Source of the DNA: a virus
Lineage: Duplodnaviria > Caudoviricetes
Strand: one strand, 5' to 3'
IMG/VR virus record: IMGVR_UViG_3300034357_000131
Location: 1-26,694 of that record
DNA length: 26,694 bases
Every line of letters starts with the position of its first letter. The first letter of the stretch is position 1. This document shows, in pieces, positions 8,462 to 15,665 of the stretch. A model generated the notes under the pieces. That model searched no databases. It was not told the origin of the DNA and was given only the letters and a program-made list of their open reading frames with translations. Made by a program: the position numbers and the translations under genes.

Positions 8462-9478
8462 ATGCCGATTGAATCTAAAGAATGTTTTACCGATTTAACG
8501 CTAGACGGTCAACTGTATGAAATACTTCAAGCTGTTAAGTCTTCTGCTAACGCAATCCAATCTACTTATTACAAGACAACACAACAAAACCTTATAAACG
8601 GAAGCACAGATATCACATTTGATGGTAATGCACCTTGGAATAATAGCAATAATTACATTACTCACGCCACAAATTCCGCTGATTTCGTTGTAGTAAAATC
8701 TGGATTGTATAACTTGGAATGGAATGCGTCTGTAGCTGCAAATGGAGCAACATGGAATGTAGGAAATAATAAAGTTATATCTATTGATATTACACGCTCA
8801 CCAATAGCAGAACAAGTTACAATTGCTCAAACTGCTTTAACGGCAACAACTCAAAGTTATGTTCAGAGTGTAAGTTCAACCTTTTATCTTGAGGCGGGAG
8901 ATATTATAAATTTGCGTATTCAAGGAAACTTTGCAACTGCCGTTCCATTCGTTCAACCAATCGGTAATTCTTTTGATTTAAACACTTGGTTTTCTTGGAG
9001 ATACGCATCAACAATCTCGGTTGGCGCAACAGGCGCAGCGCCCTTGCGCGGGCAAGCGGGCAGGATCACGGACGGAACGATCACAGGTATCACGCAAGGA
9101 GTTTACCAATCTACTGGGCTAGTAGCAAACTTCGACTCTCCAATAGCGGCAGGGATGAGCTTAGGAACGACAGACACCTTTGCGTTGAAGAACACAAGTG
9201 GATCAACGAGGGTCTTCCGCTTCTACGGAAGCTATGATGGGACGGCAGGGAACAACCAGATGCTCGGCATCAAGCTTGCGAAGAACGGGGTAATCATAGA
9301 CGAGACAGAGTGCCGCGCCTTCACGGGAAGTAACCTACAAGAAGGAAAACAAGTAACGAGTTGGATTATTGAGATGGACAACAACGACGAGGTTGCTGTA
9401 TACGTTGCGAACCTTAGCGGAACAAACAATATTATAATGAAGAGGGGAAGAATCCTCGCAACATCAGTAGACCAATGA
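8462..9478 (+). CDS. Fibre/adhesin: one N-terminal Cys repeat plus two tandem C1q/BclA-like jelly-roll domains
   Basis: Domain 1 has ITFD...FVVVKSGLYNL...FYLEAGDIINL; domain 2 has LAKNG...IIEMDNNDEVAVYV. The N-terminus is near-identical to that of 6433. Confidence 0.6.
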   Translation: MPIESKECFTDLTLDGQLYEILQAVKSSANAIQSTYYKTTQQNLINGSTDITFDGNAPWNNSNNYITHATNSADFVVVKSGLYNLEWNASVAANGATWNVGNNKVISIDITRSPIAEQVTIAQTALTATTQSYVQSVSSTFYLEAGDIINLRIQGNFATAVPFVQPIGNSFDLNTWFSWRYASTISVGATGAAPLRGQAGRITDGTITGITQGVYQSTGLVANFDSPIAAGMSLGTTDTFALKNTSGSTRVFRFYGSYDGTAGNNQMLGIKLAKNGVIIDETECRAFTGSNLQEGKQVTSWIIEMDNNDEVAVYVANLSGTNNIIMKRGRILATSVDQ

Positions 9479-9648
9479 CCGACCACCCTACCATGACTGG
9501 ACTCTTTGGAAGTGCGACTGCATTAGGAGCGGTTATGTTTAGCTTCTTACCACACATTGAACAATGGTTGCGACTAGGAAGCTTGACAATTGGAATCTTG
9601 GTTGGTATTATATCCCTAGTGAATCTTATTCGTAAGTGGAACAAATGA
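9475..9648 (+). CDS. Holin-like membrane protein (57 aa; not in ORF track)
   Basis: MTDHPTMTGLFGSATALGAVMFSFLPHIEQWLRLGSLTIGILVGIISLVNLIRKWNK: two hydrophobic segments, a basic C-terminus, and ATGA overlaps at both ends. Confidence 0.6.
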   Translation: MTDHPTMTGLFGSATALGAVMFSFLPHIEQWLRLGSLTIGILVGIISLVNLIRKWNK

Positions 9649-9851
9649 AACTATCGTTAACGATAATTGCGGCGGCACTACTCACATCGTGCGTGAGCAT
9701 TCCAATCCCCCCAAGTGGAGAACACCAAGGAAAGCTTGGATCAATCAGGCTTGTTGTTAGCTACGTCCCCTACCAGACACAAACCGCAGGAGTGAACCGT
9801 AACGTGCAATACGCAATGGAACACTTCAGCAAAACCATAAAAGATAAATGA
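9645..9851 (+). CDS. Small lipoprotein (possible spanin-like; 68 aa)
   Basis: From ATG 9645: MKLSLTIIAAALLTS-C, a signal peptide with lipobox LTSC, then a Pro-rich segment. Lies in the lysis cassette. Confidence 0.6.
   Translation: MKLSLTIIAAALLTSCVSIPIPPSGEHQGKLGSIRLVVSYVPYQTQTAGVNRNVQYAMEHFSKTIKDK
9652..9665. repeat. Dispersed palindrome copy 3 (TATCG TTAA CGATA), intragenic
   Basis: Codons 3-7 of the lipoprotein gene (L-S-L-T-I). Confidence 0.85.
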
Positions 9852-10021
9852 AAATTGTAAATATTGTCCTAGATAAACTCAGCGAGAACAGCACATGGCG
9901 CGGCATCATCCTTGTGGCTACAGCAGTTGGATTGAAACTTGATCCAGAGCTTCAGAATGCCATCTTGTCAGCGGGTCTTGGTTTGATCGGTTTAATCAAT
10001 GTTGTCCGCAAAGGCAAATGA
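9848..10021 (+). CDS. Holin-like membrane protein (57 aa; not in ORF track)
   Basis: MKIVNIVLDKLSENSTWRGIILVATAVGLKLDPELQNAILSAGLGLIGLINVVRKGK: L-x-E-x-STWRG followed by two hydrophobic helices and a basic tail. ATGA-coupled to the endolysin. Confidence 0.65.
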   Translation: MKIVNIVLDKLSENSTWRGIILVATAVGLKLDPELQNAILSAGLGLIGLINVVRKGK

Positions 10022-10593
10022 ACAACGCTCAAATCGAGAGTATGCAAGCTCGCGTTGGGGCAACACCTGATGGTTGGTGGGGTCCAAAGAGCATCGCGGC
10101 GTGTAAGAGACATCTTGCAGCCATGTCACCAAACACATCTCCAAAGCCAAGCGTAAAAGCTTGCACGGAATTCTACGGTGAGCCGGGGAAGGTTCCAATT
10201 GTCAGAATCAAACCACCGTATCGAATGTTCCTCTACAACGGTCCAGACGTGATAGACGGCATCGCCATCCATTCTAAGTGCGCGGAGAGCCTACAGAGCA
10301 TCCTAGAGAGTTTAATGGAGATATACCCAACAGCTCTAGGAAGAGAAGCGGCGGGGATAGATAAATTCTACGGAAGCTATGTGAACCGAGCGCAAAGAGG
10401 AGGAACGCAACCAAGCAAACACTCATGGGCAGCAGCGATTGACCTAGACGCGCACAGGAACGGACTACACACATCTTGGCCAACTAAGGCACATATGCCC
10501 CTACAAGTGATAGAAGTCTTCGCACAACACGGGTGGATCAACTTAGGCCCAGTGATCGGAAGAGATGGAATGCATTTCCAAATGACCCAATGA
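10018..10593 (+). CDS. Endolysin, M15-family Zn peptidase
   Basis: S-x-H-x-x-x-x-A-x-D motif (SKHSWAAAID) and C-terminal D-x-x-H-F-Q (DGMHFQ). The N-terminal Q...G...DGWWGPKS resembles a peptidoglycan-binding segment. Confidence 0.85.
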   Translation: MNNAQIESMQARVGATPDGWWGPKSIAACKRHLAAMSPNTSPKPSVKACTEFYGEPGKVPIVRIKPPYRMFLYNGPDVIDGIAIHSKCAESLQSILESLMEIYPTALGREAAGIDKFYGSYVNRAQRGGTQPSKHSWAAAIDLDAHRNGLHTSWPTKAHMPLQVIEVFAQHGWINLGPVIGRDGMHFQMTQ

Positions 10594-10802
10594 AAGTAAA
10601 AACACAAGCTGAGATTCTGATAGAAGTAAGGAAGTTATTATCCGATCACTTCGATTGCGGAATCGCGATTGTAGCTTGGGAGGAACAAGGAACAACCTAT
10701 CACATGGAATGTAAGTTTGGAAATGAATACGCTGTGCAAGCACTAGCAAAGCAAGCAGAGACATTTTTTGAGGAAGAAATCGAAGAGGAGGAAGAAGCAT
10801 GA
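10590..10802 (+). CDS. Small hypothetical protein with acidic tail (70 aa)
   Basis: ATG 10590 overlaps the endolysin stop (preferred over 10533); ends in EEEIEEEEEA. Confidence 0.65.
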   Translation: MKVKTQAEILIEVRKLLSDHFDCGIAIVAWEEQGTTYHMECKFGNEYAVQALAKQAETFFEEEIEEEEEA

Positions 10803-11809
10803 AAAAATGGCAACAAATCGAACGTGACGCTACACAGAAATCTCATTCAATTGAGGTGACTGATTTAAAAAACCAAATCAAACGATACAAGGAAACTGTA
10901 TTGGATTTGGAAAACCAACTTGGATTCGTATCTTCTCTGAAAGCTGAACGTCCAATCAACTTGGTATACAAATACGACAAGCAAGCCAAGGGACACGAAA
11001 GCGCAGCGGTTGCTGTGTTGTCTGATTGGCACGTCGAAGAGAAGGTTGATCCGAGGACGGTCAGTGAACTCAACGAGTTTAATCTTTCGGTAGCCGATAA
11101 AAGAATTGAGAAAGCTACCAAAGCGATTCTTAGGTTAACTGAGATCGAGCGGGGTGGGAGAGACATTCCTATACTTGTTTTAGCAATCTTGGGAGACTTG
11201 ATGACTGGGTATATCCATGAAGAGTTGAGAGAAGAGAACGAGCTATCACCTACTCAGACAATCTTGTGGTTGCGGGAGCGAGTATCAAAAATGATCAACA
11301 CTCTGCGCAAGGAGGGTGGGTTTGAGAGAATCCTGATTCCTTGTTCTATCGGGAACCACGGCAGAACCACGATTAAGCCAAGGCATTCAACCGCTTACAA
11401 GAACAGCTACGAGTGGCTACTCTACAAACTTCTAGAGCAAGAAATCACAGACGGAGTAACTTGGTTCATCGGAGAAAGCTACCATACATACCTTAATGTT
11501 TATGATAAAACATTTCGCTTCCATCACGGAGACGGGTTGAAGTATCAGGGTGGGATCGGCGGGCTAACAATCCCTGTGGAGAAAGCTATCGCGAGTTGGA
11601 ATAAAGGAAAGCAAGCAGACATAGACATCTTCGGCCACTGGCATACTAGCCAACAGAATCCAAAGTGGATTAGCAACGGAAGCCTAGTCGGGCACAACGC
11701 ATATTCAATTTCAATCAAAGCTGCATACGAGCCACCGCAGCAAACCTACTTCTTGTTCGACAACAAGCGCGGGCGCACGGGAACATGGCCGATATTCTTG
11801 GAAGATTAA
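10799..11809 (+). CDS. Calcineurin-like metallophosphoesterase with N-terminal coiled coil
   Basis: All five family motifs in order: SDWH, LGD, GNHG, HHGD, GHWH. Confidence 0.85.
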   Translation: MKKWQQIERDATQKSHSIEVTDLKNQIKRYKETVLDLENQLGFVSSLKAERPINLVYKYDKQAKGHESAAVAVLSDWHVEEKVDPRTVSELNEFNLSVADKRIEKATKAILRLTEIERGGRDIPILVLAILGDLMTGYIHEELREENELSPTQTILWLRERVSKMINTLRKEGGFERILIPCSIGNHGRTTIKPRHSTAYKNSYEWLLYKLLEQEITDGVTWFIGESYHTYLNVYDKTFRFHHGDGLKYQGGIGGLTIPVEKAIASWNKGKQADIDIFGHWHTSQQNPKWISNGSLVGHNAYSISIKAAYEPPQQTYFLFDNKRGRTGTWPIFLED

Positions 11810-11813
11810 CATT

Positions 11814-12230
11814 ATGGCAAACTGGAAAAAAATTGTAGAAGATCACAGCAAGCGGGCATACAAATGGCCGGAAGGATGGGACTCGCGGGAAACCATCGCA
11901 GAGCAACTAGAGTGCAGTCCAGATCGAGTATCTGACATTCTCTCAAAATCTATCAAAGATGGAGAGATTGAAAAGAAAGCTATCACCTATTGGGATAACG
12001 AACTGAAGAGGAAGATCACTTCATTCGGGTATCGCCAGCTTGAAACTGAAACTAAGCCAAAGAAAGTATCGGTAACGATAAAGTGGCCCCCAACCGAAGG
12101 AACCCGCCTAGCCCGCGCAGACAACTCAAAGAGTAAGGGAACATACATTGGTAAAGGAAAGGTCCAATGGGATAGCGGGTCAATCACACAACCCAAGGGA
12201 AGCACAATCAGAAAAATAATCCTTGCTTGA
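11814..12230 (+). CDS. Basic protein with a winged-HTH-like N-terminal half
   Basis: SRETIAEQLECSPDRVSDILSKSIKDGEIE fits an HTH pattern followed by a beta-hairpin; the C-terminal domain is Lys-rich. Confidence 0.55.
   Translation: MANWKKIVEDHSKRAYKWPEGWDSRETIAEQLECSPDRVSDILSKSIKDGEIEKKAITYWDNELKRKITSFGYRQLETETKPKKVSVTIKWPPTEGTRLARADNSKSKGTYIGKGKVQWDSGSITQPKGSTIRKIILA
12067..12080. repeat. Dispersed palindrome copy 4 (TATCG GTAA CGATA), intragenic
   Basis: In the apparent interdomain linker of the wHTH-like gene (V-S-V-T-I). Confidence 0.9.
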
Positions 12231-12261
12231 TAGAAAAACAATAATAGAGTAAAACAAAATT

Positions 12262-14379
12262 ATGGGTAACTGCTCCTCGACATCCAACTGCAATCCTTGC
12301 GGCCCAAACTACGATGCTATCAATCTGCTTGCTACTAAGACAGCAAGCTACGCTCGTCAGGCGAATACATTTGCTGTAGATGCCGCAAACTCGGCTACGA
12401 ATGCAGAGAACGTTTTCATTGAGTTTAACGCACTTTACCTCGGAGCATTCGCAGTAGCACCCACAGTAGACAACGAAGGCGATCCTCTCCAAGTCGGAGC
12501 GTTGTATTGGAACACTGGAAGCAACGAATTATTCGCTTGGAATGGCACGGTTTGGGTTGCTACCAACTTCAACGAGTTCACTCCATTCTTGGCAACGGGA
12601 ACGACATTTGCACGGAACCTTGTGACCCGAGAAGCTGATGTGGTAAATGTGAAGGATTTTGGAGCGCATTCAACAACAGAAGCTGGATTCTCAACATTTG
12701 ATTCTACAACAGCGATTCAAGCGGCTCTTAATTACGCAAGTGGAGGAAAGAATGTTGTTTATATTCCAGATGGAATTTATCGTTTAACATCTGGACTCAA
12801 TATTCCAGATGACGGAATAACAATTTATGGTGATGGATTTGGACAGTCTTTATCTATTTCAGAAAATATAGGAACAAGACTTCTTGCAGATTTTACTGGT
12901 GGATGGGTAATTACTTGTGATAATAAGTCATGTTTCACAATGCGCGATATAGAAATTTATGGTTCAGACTCCATTCGCTGGGCATCTACTGGGGCTGTTA
13001 ATGGAACTGTAGGAGCAATTTTCATTAGAAATTGTGTTCAAATACTGCTTGATCAAGTTCAAATTTTTCAAGAACCCGGAATTGGTGTATATCTTTCAAA
13101 AAATACAGTTAGTGCAAAATTAACACAAGTCTCAGTTGAGTATTGTAAAGGACACGCCTACTATGTAGATAATGGCGCACTTACTACAAGCACTCCATAT
13201 TTGGAATGCGGAATTGTTACATTTGATACTTGCCGTGCTGCACGAACTGATTGTTGTGCATTATTTGCTGGTGATGCTACTAATTTAGCTGGACAACAAC
13301 TTGCCGCATATAGGCTTTATCTTTTGAATTGCGAGTTTTTCTTTTGTGGAGGTAATACAACATTAAGTTCATACGCAGATCATGTAATTCAACTTCAATA
13401 TGCGGACAACAATTCGATTGTTGGTTGTGCTGTTCGTGGTCCAGAAGGACAGTTAGGTGGAACAAATACAACTCAAGGAACATTGGCAAGTGGCGGCACA
13501 GCTTCTTTGGTAAAGGGTATTTATATTAATGGTAAAAATAATGTTCTGCTAAATAATAGGTTTACTATGGTATATCAATATTGTGTTGATATAGACGCAA
13601 TTTCAACATATACATTAATTGATGGTGCATCACCAAGGCATAACGGCACGCCAGCAATAAATAATTTCAATCCAGCTATAAATTTACAAACTGGTTGCAA
13701 AAGCTGGGAAGTAAAAAATGTTGGAATGGAGCAAACAACGAAAGCCATTAATTCAACTATTGCAAAATCAGCGGCAGCAGACACTGCATCTGAACTTACA
13801 GAAGAAGGGTTTAAAATTAGCGGAAACGGATTAACAGGAATCTTTGATTGGTCTGACCCAACTCCAGCAAACCAGTATTTTGCGTTATACGAAGGAACAA
13901 CTCAAAATCAAAGATTTGCAGATGACCATAGATCATTAGGTGCAGTAAGACCAATTACAAATAATACAGCAAGTCTTGGAGTTGCAGGAGTAAGATGGAC
14001 TGAAGTTTTTGCTATAAATGGAACAATCAATACATCTGATGCAAATTACAAACAACAAATCCAAGAAATTCCAGAATCTGCATTAAGAGCTTGGGGGAAA
14101 ATTAAATTCAAGCAATACAAATTTAACCATGCTGTTAATGCAAAAAAAGAAAAAGCAAGATGGCATTATGGAGTTATAGCGCAAGAAGTAAAAGAAGCAT
14201 TTGAATCTGAAGGGCTGGATGCGTTTGAATACGGATTGCTTTGCTATGATAAATGGGAAGATGAGTTTGATGATGAAGGTAATTTGCAAAATCCAGCAGG
14301 AGAAATGTATAGCGTAAGGTATGAAGAACTGCTTTCACTTAATGCTGCATATATTCATTGGAAACTTTCTCAATTATGA
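12262..14379 (+). CDS. Tailspike 1: pectate-lyase-like beta-helix with a C-terminal S74-type intramolecular chaperone
   Basis: VVNVKDFGA...DST.AIQAAL...VYIPDG.Y marks the beta-helix start. INTSD..YK..I, WHYGVIAQEV and YSVRYEEL are chaperone motifs. Confidence 0.85.
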   Translation: MGNCSSTSNCNPCGPNYDAINLLATKTASYARQANTFAVDAANSATNAENVFIEFNALYLGAFAVAPTVDNEGDPLQVGALYWNTGSNELFAWNGTVWVATNFNEFTPFLATGTTFARNLVTREADVVNVKDFGAHSTTEAGFSTFDSTTAIQAALNYASGGKNVVYIPDGIYRLTSGLNIPDDGITIYGDGFGQSLSISENIGTRLLADFTGGWVITCDNKSCFTMRDIEIYGSDSIRWASTGAVNGTVGAIFIRNCVQILLDQVQIFQEPGIGVYLSKNTVSAKLTQVSVEYCKGHAYYVDNGALTTSTPYLECGIVTFDTCRAARTDCCALFAGDATNLAGQQLAAYRLYLLNCEFFFCGGNTTLSSYADHVIQLQYADNNSIVGCAVRGPEGQLGGTNTTQGTLASGGTASLVKGIYINGKNNVLLNNRFTMVYQYCVDIDAISTYTLIDGASPRHNGTPAINNFNPAINLQTGCKSWEVKNVGMEQTTKAINSTIAKSAAADTASELTEEGFKISGNGLTGIFDWSDPTPANQYFALYEGTTQNQRFADDHRSLGAVRPITNNTASLGVAGVRWTEVFAINGTINTSDANYKQQIQEIPESALRAWGKIKFKQYKFNHAVNAKKEKARWHYGVIAQEVKEAFESEGLDAFEYGLLCYDKWEDEFDDEGNLQNPAGEMYSVRYEELLSLNAAYIHWKLSQL

Positions 14380-14474
14380 CAACCGAACAAGCCAAAGAAA
14401 TCCTTGCTAAGAACAAGGTAACTAAAGACGAATACGAGAAAGCCAAAAAAGAAGGTCGTATCACAAAATACTAA
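14376..14474 (+). CDS. 32-aa basic peptide (not in ORF track)
   Basis: MTTEQAKEILAKNKVTKDEYEKAKKEGRITKY; ATGA overlap upstream, and its stop is 1 nt before the next ATG. Confidence 0.6.
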   Translation: MTTEQAKEILAKNKVTKDEYEKAKKEGRITKY

Positions 14475-14475
14475 A

Positions 14476-14952
14476 ATGAGCAACTGTATCCCATGCCCTC
14501 CATGTGAAAGCGACGAGCCTCTCGTCTGTGAACCATACGGAACCGTAACCACGGGCAACCGAGTGATGGTGGAGGACGATGCGTTCTGCACTAAAACTAT
14601 CTCTAACCCATCAGTTCCGTCCACGCTGACTTGGGACAACGGAGTTAAGTGGTTAACCGCGCAAGGCTGGAAGTCGATCACGATCACGCACTATGCCAAG
14701 AACGGGGAGAAGCTGTCGGTCAATTCATCCGGTGGCCCGATCCAAATCATTCTTCCGCAGAATCCAAGCCAGTTTGAAGAGATTATTTTCGCGGATCACT
14801 ACGCAAGTTGGGGGACAAACAATGTCATCGTAAACAGAAACGGATCGCTGATCGAGAATGTAGTTGACGATCTTGTGCTGAACACAACTTGGCCGAATCA
14901 AATCACCCTTCGCTTTGAGGGATCAACATGGAGGGTCTATTCAATCCTATGA
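14476..14952 (+). CDS. Tail-associated protein: Cys-rich N-terminus plus a beta-sandwich resembling T4 gp34 N-terminal repeats
   Basis: N-terminus MSNCIPCPPC; C-terminal pattern VNSSGGPIQIILP..P...I.FAD...SWGTNNV.V.RNG..I...DDLVL...TWR. Confidence 0.55.
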   Translation: MSNCIPCPPCESDEPLVCEPYGTVTTGNRVMVEDDAFCTKTISNPSVPSTLTWDNGVKWLTAQGWKSITITHYAKNGEKLSVNSSGGPIQIILPQNPSQFEEIIFADHYASWGTNNVIVNRNGSLIENVVDDLVLNTTWPNQITLRFEGSTWRVYSIL

Positions 14953-15653
14953 CATTAACAGATGTAATCGCAAAAGTAACTCGGTATGCAAAGAAGATTA
15001 TCGTTACCGATAATAGTTCTTCAGATGCCGTTCGAATCACGCAGTTAGGAAGCGGGAATGCATTGGTTGTAGAAGATAGCACGAACCCAGACGCAACTCC
15101 ATTCGTGGTAAAGTCCGATGGTCGCGTTGGAATTGGAGTTTTGAACCCTGAAGAAAAGCTGGATATTGATGGCGCGGTAAAAGCACTATCTGCTGAAATT
15201 AATAGACCGACAGATATATGGCAAGATGCAGCTTATTACAATGTCGGGGAAACAACTCTTCGGCAGGGAGCCTTGTATCATCACAGCTCATTTCAAGTAA
15301 ACCTTGTTTCAAATGGGTATAGGAACAACTCTGGAACATGGACAAGCTATAATGTAAACGGAGATACGGGAGCCGCAATTGTATCGTTAGACCCCGCAGG
15401 GAATATATTTTTGGGAACGGAAGCAAGCAAGGCAAACGGATCAAGTATTAATGTAACAACTCGCATGACTGTTGCAAGCAACGGCAATGTGGGAATTGGA
15501 ACCACAAACCCACAGAAGACCCTTCATGTTAATGGAACGGTTCGCCTGCAAGCATTGCCAACTTACGCAGACAACGCAGCAGCTATTGCTGGCGGATTGG
15601 TTGCTGATGATGTTTACAAAACCGCTACTGGCGAACTACGAATCGTTGTCTAA
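14949..15653 (+). CDS. Short fibre protein with G[NR]VGIG repeats
   Basis: ATG 14949 overlaps the upstream stop. Contains DGRVGIGVLNPEEKLDIDG and NGNVGIGTTNPQKTLHVNG, and ends in LPTYADNAAAIAGGL. Confidence 0.7.
   Translation: MTLTDVIAKVTRYAKKIIVTDNSSSDAVRITQLGSGNALVVEDSTNPDATPFVVKSDGRVGIGVLNPEEKLDIDGAVKALSAEINRPTDIWQDAAYYNVGETTLRQGALYHHSSFQVNLVSNGYRNNSGTWTSYNVNGDTGAAIVSLDPAGNIFLGTEASKANGSSINVTTRMTVASNGNVGIGTTNPQKTLHVNGTVRLQALPTYADNAAAIAGGLVADDVYKTATGELRIVV
14997..15014. repeat. Dispersed palindrome copy 5 (ATTATCG TTAC CGATAAT), intragenic
   Basis: Exact reverse complement of copy 8 over 18 bp; encodes I-I-V-T-D-N. Confidence 0.9.
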
Positions 15654-15665
15654 CCTACCAATACT

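Noticed and set aside
12223-12255. Possible promoter before tailspike 1 (TTGCTT-16-TAGAGT or TTGATA-17-TAAAAC)
   Set aside because: Weak matches in an AT-rich gap; not distinguishable from background.
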